In this document: positions 52,313 through 64,000 of the stretch, one piece after another
Position numbering within the stretch: the first letter of the stretch is position 1
How the letters are laid out: every line of letters starts with the position of its first letter
Assembly (NCBI GenBank): GCA_964016885.1
Contig: OZ024741.1
Coordinates: forward strand, 283,588,001 to 283,652,000
Reading direction: 5' to 3'
DNA from: Eledone cirrhosa
Lineage: Eukaryota
Length of the DNA stretch: 64,000 nucleotides
Notes under the pieces: generated by a model
What the model was told of the DNA's origin: nothing
The model's database searches: none
The model's input: the letters and a program-made list of their open reading frames with translations, nothing else
Position numbers and translations under genes: made by a program

Positions 52313-54352
52313 CAATTACTACTCGTCCATCTCGCCCATAGTCCTGAACAAGGCACTCATATTCACGATGAATAGGACAGACCTAAAACGCGACGAGGTC
52401 CGAATCATACACGCTGCCAGAAAGACCCTGATCCGATACGGTGGGGACATATTGACCCGGAGCGACTGGCCAAATAATTTTGACATTACAATGGGCTCCA
52501 GTGACTCCGCGCAGCTAACGGACTTGGTTGGGATATACATACTCTACGAGATCAGGAGAGAAATACCGAACCTGGGTGGCGGGCTGTACCGAGACGACGC
52601 ATTCTTCACCGTAGTGGACCACAGCACCACAATGGTCGAAAATATGAAGAGGAGAATTAGGCATTTCTTTAGCAAGGTAGGACTTAAAGTAGAGATGGAA
52701 CCCAATAGAAAAGTAGTGAATTTCCTGGACACCACCCTCAACCTCAACACCAAGCTACACCACCCATATCATAAACCCAATGAGAAGCTGGTGTATATCA
52801 ACGCTGGGTCTAATCACCCCAGATCTATAGTTAAGACCGTAGTTAAGAGGGTCTCTGACAGGATCTTTAACTTGTCGGCCAATAAAGAGATCTTCAATAG
52901 TAACGCTGATTACTATAACTCAGCGCTAGCCAAGGCGTCCCACAGCCATAGGATCAGCTACAATCCTAAGGGACATGATTGAGATGACCCAAGGGTACCC
53001 CGGACCAATACCCTCAGGGGCATCAGTCGCCCACCTAATACCTCGGTGACCAGTAGTAACACTCCCAGCCCCCTATCCGTCACCACCCCCGGTAGAAGGT
53101 CCCGCATACCCCACCGGTCTAATACCTACAATGCTGAAGACCACTCTGCTGCGGAGCATAGGCACCCCTGCACCGGCCCCACCACCCGCCGAACCCTAAT
53201 TGAGCAAGGAGGCCGCACCTCGCAGGTTTATAACCCCACGGTGGGCCCATATAACCCTAATGATAGTGAACGCTCCGCACACCTGAGTGACACCAACGGA
53301 GCTCGACTTGAGCTGTGCACAACCACGCGATGGACAACGGCGGACACCCAACAACCCCGCAAGAATAGGACCAGGAAGGTCACATGGTATAACCCTTCGT
53401 ACTCGGTGGGTCTACGTACCAGCCTGGCTAGAACATTCTTTAGAGTACTGGATAAATGTTTCCCTAGGGCCCACAAGTACCATAAAATATTCAACAGGCA
53501 CACGGTGAAACTTTCCTACTCATCTACACGCTCCGTAGCCCAGCACATAGCTGGCATAAATAGGAATAGGCTCACTGCCTCTAATACCACCGTAAACCCT
53601 GGAGCCACCCAACATAACCAGCACGCGGGACGCACCGGAACCCGGACAGGCCCAACTAGCACACCGGAACCCAACGACCTTGTGCTGATTGCGGAGGCTA
53701 CCCAGCCAACCCCGAGTGATGGTAACCACGCGGTACATGTGGTGGGGCTTAAGAAGTCATGTAATTGCAGAGACCCATCACTATGCCCCCTTAGTAATGA
53801 ATGCATGACGAAAAACGTAATCTACAGGTGCAAGGTCACAACCCCTAACTCGAAGCACCACTACATAGGATCGACAGCGACGAGCTTCAAAGATCGGTGG
53901 TATAAACATCGCCATTCCTTTAACAGAATAGATAAGAGGAAATGTACGGCCCTTTCTGAATTGATCTGGAAGCTCAAACTTGAAAAGACCCCGCACTCTC
54001 TGGTCTGGTCCGTGGTTAGAAAGGTTCCCCCAGACAGAGGCAGGTCTGGTATTTGCAACCTCTGCCTTAGTGAGACACTTGAGATACTTCATGGCAGAAC
54101 CAAGCTATTAAACAGAAGGACCGACTTATTCGGTGCCTGCAGACACCTAAGGACGGGAACTTTCCTCAAGCTATATGGATAAACCCCGGTTAAGGCCTCC
54201 CACAACGCCCCCTCCCCTGTAGGTCGCCTACACCCCGTACCAATGACCAATGGACAACAACAACCACCCATAGTTTGTGATCCCTATGGTGGATGGTCCA
54301 CCGGATCCTCTACTGGTTAGGAGTCATCAAAACCACGTTTTATTGAACCTGA
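52313..54352 (+). mobile_element. Penelope-like element (Hydra-clade-like), 5'-truncated, inserted in (TA)n
   Basis: [32 protein letters not shown] (RT); WYNP, CNC..CP, VIY..YIG..FK.R..H and CNLCLSE..LLN.R..CRH (GIY-YIG). ORFs 52065-52982 and 53046-54182 share one frame, split by a single TGA. Clade assignment is from recalled motifs. Confidence 0.9.
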
Positions 54353-54409
54353 TTTTATATATATATATTATGTGTATATATGTATATATTTTATATGTGC
54401 ATATATGTG

Positions 54410-54494
<85 letters not shown>

Positions 54495-54643
54495 ATGTAT
54501 ATGTGTATTTTATATATATATATGTATGTATATTTTATATATGTGTGTATTTTATATGTATGTATATTTTATATATATATATATATTTTATATATATATG
54601 TGTTTTATATATATATATATTTTATATATATATATACTTGTGC

Positions 54644-54687
<44 letters not shown>

Positions 54688-55302
54688 CTGTATGGATTTG
54701 TGTGTGAAGATGTGTGTGTGTCTGATGGGGTAGGTGTGAGTGTATGTACAAGTCAACCAACATAAGCCTTTTATTTCTAAATTTTCTAAACTATCTAAGT
54801 ATTTGACTCTAACCATTATTTTAAGTATTACAACCCCACATTAATTCCTCAATTTGTATGTGTGGATGTGTGTGTGTGTCTGTGGAGGTGGGTGTGAGTG
54901 TATGTGCAAGCCAACCTACATAAGTCTTTTTATTTGTAAATTTTCTACTCTAACCATAATTTTCAGTAGCACCACTCCACATAAATTCCTCAATTTAAGA
55001 ATGACCTGTAGTATCTATTTCATACTATTAACCTTAATTGAATATATATCTGACCAGGAATGCTTTTTGTGAAAATCAGTCATATGGAACTATTGTCCTC
55101 TTGCCTGACGGTTTGAACTTTACAACACCACCTGCCTCTTTGAGGTCAAATACCAACCCTACTAGAATCTTCAAACTGACCAATGAGAATTAAGACTATT
55201 CCTGCTGACAACATTAAATTATTCCTAACAAGCTCATATGTCCCAAGTCTCTGATACCATCAACACTATAAACACAGAGCTGGCATATCTAAGAACTGAC
55301 TA

Positions 55303-55358
55303 ACTGCCTGATGAGGTCATAGCCATTCAATGGCTATCATCGAAATATATATAGCAGT
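55303..55358 (+). ncRNA. Hammerhead motif in a solo pLTR-like context
   Basis: actgc-CTGATGA-..atagccat tca atggctat..-GAAA-tatata-TA-gcagt; TATAAA about 40 nt upstream and AATAAA just downstream. Confidence 0.85.
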
Positions 55359-55403
55359 AAATAAAGGATTATGAGTTCATGCAATTGACTTATGTTTCGT
55401 CAC

Positions 55404-55473
<70 letters not shown>

Positions 55474-55671
55474 TATATATATACATATATATATATACAT
55501 ATATAATATTAAAAAATGGAAACTATATTTATAAAACCATATCTATCTTATTATACATATTTCAAGGATACCATGTTAAATTATGGTATGCTTTCATCAG
55601 ACAAAATACAATATATACCAGTTTTATAAATAAATATTGACATACCCTTTCAATAAAACTGGTATATATTG

Positions 55672-55736
55672 TATTTTGTCTGATGAAAGCATACCATAAT
55701 TTAACATGGTATCCTTGAAATATGTATAATAAAATA
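55672..55736 (+). ncRNA. Hammerhead motif in a fold-back palindrome (mirror copy 55544-55608, minus strand)
   Basis: tattttgt-CTGATGA-aag c ataccat..atggtat c ctt-GAAA-tatgta-TA-ataaaata. Confidence 0.82.
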
Positions 55737-55866
55737 GATATGGTTTTATAAATATAGTTTCCATTTGTTAATATCGTATATTTACTCCAAATACTTGTCG
55801 AGTGCTTTATATCAGTTATAAAAATATTTGCTTGTTGTATCCCAACAATTTAAATAGAACTTTTGC

Positions 55867-56395
<529 letters not shown>

Positions 56396-59300
56396 TCATC
56401 ATCATCATCATCATCAACGTTTAACGTCCGTGTTCCACGCTTGCATGGGTTTGGACGGGGGTAGTCCCACTTGAGGCAAGAGTGATTGTCTTGCTCGCAT
56501 AGGACTGTCTGGCAGGTTTTCTACAGTTGGATGCCCTTCCTAACACCAACCACATTTACAGTGTGGGTCTGGGAGGTTTTTACCGTGTTGCCTACACGGC
56601 CACATTACAGCGTGGACTGTGTGTTTTTTTGTCGTGACACCTACACGATCTCATTTGTTTCGGCCTGGATGGCGCGGCACCAACATAACTTTACATAGAA
56701 CGGGGTGGTGTGGATGGGGTGGGGGTGGTGGCGGGACGGGGTGTAGTTTGTTAGAGATGCCTACTGGCAAGGCGGGTCTTCTCTGTTACTGAGTACCGCC
56801 AAAGGTCACGGTCCAGTGACATTGTCTTGGAGAGGTGTAAGTGTGTGAGGTCGGAGTTTATCAGCTCATCCCATGTTTTTCTAGGTCTGCCTATTCCGTG
56901 GCTACCGTCTATCTTTATTGCCCTGCACTTTGTAATACAGCTATCGACTTTCATGCGCATCACGTGTCCATACCAACGCAGCCTTCTCTCGAGTAAACAA
57001 CATCTGATCCCTCTTATCTCTAATTTTTTCCTTAGTTCGTTTATGCTTTGCCGTTCACGTATATTACTGTTACACATCCAGCGGAGCATGCAAGCTTCGT
57101 TCCTCTCTAGTCTGCGTATATCCTCTGCACACAATGCCCAGGTCTCACTACCATGCAACATTGCTGTTCGTATGCAGGCATCGTACAACCTGCCTTTCAT
57201 TTTAAGGGAGAACCCTTTAGCAGCTAATAGTGGTATAAGCTCTCTGAACTTTTTCCAACCAGTTCTGACTCTAGCTACTGTACTTTCAGAGCACCCTCCC
57301 CCACTGCTGATTTTATCGCCCAGGTAACGGAAGCTGTCCATTATTTCTATAGAACCCTCTGCGCAATTGAAAGAGCTAGTATTTTGTGGGCACTTGCTGC
57401 TACTTATTGCACCAGAACACCGGCCACATGTAAAGTCTATGTTCTTAGTTAGCTTACCTGTGATCCCACTACATCTTTTATGCACCCATACTTTGCATTT
57501 AGGACATAAGATGGAGTTTCTACCTACGCCTTTCCTACATACCGAGCACGACCATTTCCCAGAAGGGACCGCCGCCTTGTTTTCTTTCCTACAAACTAGA
57601 ACTTTGGTCTTAGCCAGGTTTACTTTAAGTCCTTTTGACTCTAGGCCGTGCTTCCATGTTTGGAATTTCTTCTCTAGCTCGGCCATTGATTCCGCTATGA
57701 GTGTCAGGTCGTCTGCGTATAGGAGTTCCCATGGGCAGCCTGTCTTGAACTCCTCTGTTATAGCCTGAAGGGCAATAATAAATAGTAGGGGGCTGAGAAC
57801 AGAGCCCTGATGGACGCCAACTTTTACGCTAAACTCTTCACTATATTCGTTGTTAATTCTAACCTTGCTGACTGTTTCTTTATACATGGCTTGTATAGCC
57901 CTCACAAGCCATTCGTCAATGCCTAGTTTTCTAAGAGCCCACCAGATAATGGAGCGGGGGACTCTGTCGAAGGCTTTCTCCAGGTCGACAAAAGCTAAGT
58001 AGAGGGGTTTACCTTTAGCTAGGTACTTCTCCTGTAGTTGTCGTACTATGAAAAGAGCGTCTGTGGTGCTTTTGCCTGACACAAACCCGAACTGCATTTC
58101 ATCTAGATCAATTCTCTCTCTGATTAGTTGCGCTATTACTTTTTCCGTGACCTTCATGACCTGGTCGATTAATTTAATGCCTCTATAGTTACTCCTATCT
58201 AGGGCGTCTCCTTTACCCTTATAACAGTTAACGATGATGCTGCTATGCCAGTCCTTCGGAACAACCCCATTCTGTACGACTTGGTTAACTATGCGGGTGA
58301 CCATGGTGTGTCCCACCGTGCCAGATGCCTTCAGCATCTCAGCAACTATTTCCGAAGGGCCAGCCGCCTTACCAGTCTTCATATCCTTGATTGCCTTACT
58401 TATTATACTCCCCTCGACTAACACTGCTGGTCCCTCTATCGGGTCGATATGGGGGAGACTGTCTTTCTCCCATTTATTCTCCTCATTTAGTAGCCTTTCA
58501 TAGTGACACTTCCAAGCTACCTTCTTATCAGTGTCGGTGATGGCAAGTATGCCATCATCGTTAAGTACACACTTCTCCCCGACAATATCACGGTTTTCCT
58601 TGACGCATTGCCTGGCAATCCTGAACACCTCACGTTTTTGGTCATCGCGTTGTAGAACATGCTTGAACTTTCTTTCCTCAGCTTCCCTTCTTGCTAAGTA
58701 CACTTCTCTCCTAGCTTCCCTCCTGGCCACTTGATAGTCTACTCTACTTCCCCCATCCCGCCATACTTTCCAAGCCTGCTTTTTGGCCTTAATTGACCCC
58801 TCCACCCTACTGTTCCACCACCATGTTACTCTCCTCCTGCCTACAGGCCTGCTCCAGCCACAGACTTCGTCTGTCGCCAACAGCAGGTTTGCTTTCAGAA
58901 ATTTCCACTGTCCCTCTATATTGTCCGATTCTAGATGCTCTTCCTTACTGTCGAAAGCATCAAGTAATATGCTTTGAAATTTATTTCTGGCTGTGGGGTC
59001 CTTTAGTTTCCATATTTTCCTCCTGAGGATAGTCCTCTTCTGCTGTCGGGTACGTCTCGTCCTGACTATGAGGTCGCTAATTATCAGTCTATGTTGGGAG
59101 GTGCATTCTTCATGGGGGAGGGATTTAGTGTTTACAACAGACACTCTGTCACGTCTTCTGGTAAGGATATAATCTACCTGGCTTGTGTGTTCCCCGGATC
59201 TATAGGTAATCAGGTGATTGTCACGTTTTTTGAAGTTAGTGTTACAGATAGTTAGGTTATTTGCATCACAGTATTCCAGGATTCTGGAGCCTTCCTCATT

Positions 59301-60015
59301 TCTAGTACCAAACCCATAGCCTCCATGGATTTCGTCGTAGCCGTCACAATGTTGTCCAACGTGACCATTTAGGTCTCCTGCAATAATTATATAGTCACTG
59401 TCAGATATTTGGGAGGTAGTTAGCAACAGTGTCTCATAGAATCTGTCTTTTATAGTGCCGGGCAGTCCGGATTGGGGTGCGTACGCAGATATTACTGTCA
59501 CCGTAGTTCTATTGAGGACAAGTCTTATTTTAATTATTCTGTCGTTCACTCTATTTACGTCTATTATCTTATCTGCCCACTTTTCTGCTACCATGATTCC
59601 TACTCCACCCAGCCCATCGTCGTTTCCCACCCAGAAAAGCTTATAACATCGTTTTTTACCCTCAATGAATCTAGCAGACCCACCCCTCCACCTGGTCTCT
59701 TGAATACAACAAACATCGACCTCCTTACGTTCAAGCATTTCTACAACCTCGTTAGCGCGACCCTTTAGGGTGCCTACATTTATGGTACCAACTCTGAAGT
59801 TTTGGGTTGCGTTTGGAGGGTGGGGGTGGTGGGGGGCGGGAGGAGATAGGGTTATGTTAGCCATCCGCGGACGAAACAAAGAGGAGTGCTCGCATTCTCG
59901 TCCACGAGGTGAATTTGACTTTAACTTTGGCATTTTCGCTCTGGGCGTCCAGATTTTTCTCTCCCTTCCACTCTCCAGGATTCCGCAGTCCGTCCGTCCA
60001 TCCATCCATCCATCA
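56396..60015 (-). mobile_element. RTE-clade LINE, family A, full length with intact ORF
   Basis: Uninterrupted EN-RT ORF, (GATG)n-like 5' start shared with the 1853 copy, 3' UTR ending in ggacgttaaacgtt(GAT)n. Confidence 0.97.
56751..59933 (-). CDS. RTE ORF: APE endonuclease, reverse transcriptase and inserted C4HC3 PHD-type finger (about 1060 aa from the ATG at 59933)
   Basis: Motifs INVGTL, QETRW, YAPQ, GDLNGH, FVDLEKAFD, GVHQGSVLSP, YADD, CSVC..CPKC..WVHKRC..CGRC and RRLRWYGHV. The ATG aligns with the start of ORF 1912. Upstream in-frame ATG at 60005. Confidence 0.93.
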   Translation of the reverse strand: MPKLKSNSPRGRECEHSSLFRPRMANITLSPPAPHHPHPPNATQNFRVGTINVGTLKGRANEVVEMLERKEVDVCCIQETRWRGGSARFIEGKKRCYKLFWVGNDDGLGGVGIMVAEKWADKIIDVNRVNDRIIKIRLVLNRTTVTVISAYAPQSGLPGTIKDRFYETLLLTTSQISDSDYIIIAGDLNGHVGQHCDGYDEIHGGYGFGTRNEEGSRILEYCDANNLTICNTNFKKRDNHLITYRSGEHTSQVDYILTRRRDRVSVVNTKSLPHEECTSQHRLIISDLIVRTRRTRQQKRTILRRKIWKLKDPTARNKFQSILLDAFDSKEEHLESDNIEGQWKFLKANLLLATDEVCGWSRPVGRRRVTWWWNSRVEGSIKAKKQAWKVWRDGGSRVDYQVARREARREVYLARREAEERKFKHVLQRDDQKREVFRIARQCVKENRDIVGEKCVLNDDGILAITDTDKKVAWKCHYERLLNEENKWEKDSLPHIDPIEGPAVLVEGSIISKAIKDMKTGKAAGPSEIVAEMLKASGTVGHTMVTRIVNQVVQNGVVPKDWHSSIIVNCYKGKGDALDRSNYRGIKLIDQVMKVTEKVIAQLIRERIDLDEMQFGFVSGKSTTDALFIVRQLQEKYLAKGKPLYLAFVDLEKAFDRVPRSIIWWALRKLGIDEWLVRAIQAMYKETVSKVRINNEYSEEFSVKVGVHQGSVLSPLLFIIALQAITEEFKTGCPWELLYADDLTLIAESMAELEKKFQTWKHGLESKGLKVNLAKTKVLVCRKENKAAVPSGKWSCSVCRKGVGRNSILCPKCKVWVHKRCSGITGKLTKNIDFTCGRCSGAISSSKCPQNTSSFNCAEGSIEIMDSFRYLGDKISSGGGCSESTVARVRTGWKKFRELIPLLAAKGFSLKMKGRLYDACIRTAMLHGSETWALCAEDIRRLERNEACMLRWMCNSNIRERQSINELRKKLEIRGIRCCLLERRLRWYGHVMRMKVDSCITKCRAIKIDGSHGIGRPRKTWDELINSDLTHLHLSKTMSLDRDLWRYSVTEKTRLASRHL

Positions 60016-60236
60016 TATATCGAAGGCAACCGGGCAAGCGATAGTATAGGCCTCTGGCTAATGATTTGGTCCGCGTAATAATAATAATGGTGATGCGTGG
60101 GGGTGGGGGGCTCTGGCTTATAATAATGGTGGTGATGCGTGGGGGGGGGGGGGGGGGGGCTCTGGCTTATGATTGGTCCACGTATTAAGTATGGTGGCGT
60201 GTGGGGGCGGGAGGGAGGGGTGTGGGGTAGCTAGCT

Positions 60237-60839
60237 GGAAGGTTATGAATGTTTAACAAGCGATTTAACAAAAAGCAAAACTGCAAGATTTGTTCTGTTC
60301 AATACGACAAAAACACCGTATTTAAACCTTAAATAGATAACAAAAAATACAGATTTCGGATTTTGCGAGATTGGATGTTTGTTTGGACTATGTACGAAAT
60401 TGAGCGTGGAATGGAGAGAAGAATTTGTACTTTACGATTTACATGAGTACATCATAGTAGAAATAATTGAAGCAGCGGTGGATTGGCGAAAGTGAATAAA
60501 CATGAAGGAGAACTTATCTTATATATATATATGTGTGTGTGTGTAGCTAAGAGAGAGATAGAGGGGAAGAAAGAGAGGGGGGGGGGAGGGGGAGACATAT
60601 TGTGGCTGACCGCAGCCCCTCGTGGAGTAGCAGGAGGGTGAAGGGGTGGAGCGGAAGGTTATGAATGTTTAACAAGCGATTTAACAAAAAGCAAAACTGC
60701 AAGATTTGTTCTGTTCAATACGACAAAAACACCGTATTTAAACCTTAAATAGATAACAAAAAATACAGATTTCGGATTTTGCGAGATTGGATGTTTGTTT
60801 GGACTATGTACGAAATTGAGCGTGGAATGGAGAGAAGAA
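60237..60839. repeat. 187-bp direct repeat (60237-60423 and 60653-60839), period 416 bp
   Basis: The two copies appear identical by eye. Confidence 0.9.
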
Positions 60840-61012
60840 GAGTGTATATATATATATATATATATGTGTATATATATATATATGTGTATATATATATATA
60901 TATATAATGTGTATATATATATATATATATATATGTGTGTATATATATATATATGTGTATATATATATATATAATGTATATATATATATATATATGTGTG
61001 TGTATATATATA

Positions 61013-61059
<47 letters not shown>

Positions 61060-61146
61060 ATATATATATATATATATGTGTATATATATATGTGTGTATA
61101 TATATATATATATATGTGTGTATATATATATATGTGTATATATATA

Positions 61147-61225
<79 letters not shown>

Positions 61226-61295
61226 GTGTATATAAATATATGTAATGTGTATATATATATATATGTGTGTATATATATATATATATGTGTATATG

Positions 61296-61354
<59 letters not shown>

Positions 61355-61361
61355 ATATATA

Positions 61362-61400
<39 letters not shown>

Positions 61401-61407
61401 ATATATA

Positions 61408-61458
<51 letters not shown>

Positions 61459-61534
61459 CGAAGGAAATGTAGTAAGGAACCAGGTGGACCATAACGCACC
61501 AAAGTACTCAATACTTAGGGTAGTAGAGTGGGTA

Positions 61535-62757
<1,223 letters not shown>

Positions 62758-62768
62758 GTGTATACATA

Positions 62769-62836
<68 letters not shown>

Positions 62837-63152
62837 TGTATATATATATGTGTGTATATATATATATGTCTATATATATATATATATATATATGTCTATA
62901 TATATATATATATATCATCATCATCATCATCATTTCATTTTACGTCCGCTTTTCCCTGCTTGCAAGGGTGGGACGGGAACTGATTTTGGCTTGATTTCTA
63001 CAGCTGGATGCCCTTCCTAACACCAACCTCATTTACAGAGAGTGCTGGGTGCTTTTTTGCCGTGGCACCTCCACAACCACTTTGCAGTGGAATGATATGG
63101 ACCCCAGTCCCTATCATCTCATTTCTACAGCTGAGTAAACTATATATATATA

Positions 63153-64000
63153 GCGCTCTCCACTTTGGAAAACGAAACATACTTCGAAAAGGCTGAACAC
63201 TACAATCAACAGAAAATTATGAGAAACCTAAAACTCTGATCAACCAATACAAAGAAGGACTCACTCACAAGGAATTCAGCTTCATCACAGACTTCACAAG
63301 TAAATCCAGCCTTTTCTAAGGTATCCCTAAAGTACATAAAAGCGAATTAATAAGTAAGGCATGCAAGGAAGCCACAGACATAGTCATCAATGTCCCCTCA
63401 CCCAATGATCTCAAATTCAGACCTATAATAGCAGGCCCCGCTTGCGAAACCCACCGCCTTAGCAACTTCATTGATACCCTTCTCAAGCCTTTTCTCAAAC
63501 ACATTAAAAGCTATATAAGGGACGACCTAGATATGCTCAATCACCTCCCTAATATGCCACTTTCTGAACAAACCCTACTAGTGACGTTCGATGTAGTCAA
63601 CCTATACTCCAACATTCCCCACAACCTAGGAATAGAAGCTATCCAATTCTGGCTGGATAATTACCACAATGAACTCCCACAACGCATCAAAAAAGAATTC
63701 GTGATAGAAGGACTCAAATTTATCTTGGAGAACAATTACTTCGTTTTCAATAACAAACCCTACAGGCAGAAATCTGGGACCGCTATGGGAACGAAAACAG
63801 CCCCCACTTATGCCAACCTAGTCATGGGATATCTAGAAATCACCCTCTACACTAAAGTCCTAAACAAATTTGGAAAAACTCTCCACTTACACATAGAAAG
63901 GATCTGGAAGCGATATCTAGATGACTGCTTCATCCTTTGGCACGAAAACATCGAGAAACTTAAAGAATTTCACACCCTTATAAATGGGCTCAACACGAAT
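63153..64000 (+). mobile_element. Penelope-like element RT (Neptune-like), running off the window end; not in the ORF track
   Basis: Manual translation: F*GIPKVHK..FRPIIAG..LVTFDVVNLYSNIPH..ENNYFVF..QKSGTAMGTKTAPTYANL..WKRYLDDCF. One in-frame TAA near 63317. Confidence 0.9.

Noticed and set aside
54305-54345. Expected hammerhead at the 3' end of the 52-54 kb PLE
   Set aside because: Only an antisense TTGATGA without GAAA is present; no supportable motif.
56827-60078. Plus-strand ORFs overlapping the intact RTE, and equivalent ORFs antisense to other copies
   Set aside because: These are antisense shadow frames of the RT ORF with no independent motifs.

Overview
AT-rich, repeat-dominated animal genomic DNA. 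An octopod cephalopod is likely, inferred from the SINE and LINE families and the long (TA)n tracts. One host gene is recoverable by manual splicing on the minus strand: eight GT-AG exons (38216 down to 8322) join in frame to give the C-terminal 352 aa of a protein built from tandem PLAT/LH2-like domains. Its 5' exons lie outside the window or were not found. The introns and flanks are filled with mobile DNA: two RTE-clade LINE families whose RT carries an inserted C4HC3 (PHD-type) finger, including one intact copy at 56396-60015; Penelope-like elements (PLEs) of at least three types; a decayed RNase H-bearing LINE; a mariner; a tandem non-autonomous Helitron; TTAA MITEs; tRNA-derived SINEs; and a 43-bp minisatellite. 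The least annotated signal is about 20 minimal type-I hammerhead ribozyme motifs, counting intact, degenerate and partial copies. Some sit in fold-back palindromes, some sit in a family with a fixed octamer-CCAAT-TATA-ribozyme layout, and three carry a U3-A8 variant core. All calls were made by eye; no alignment, folding or database search was run.
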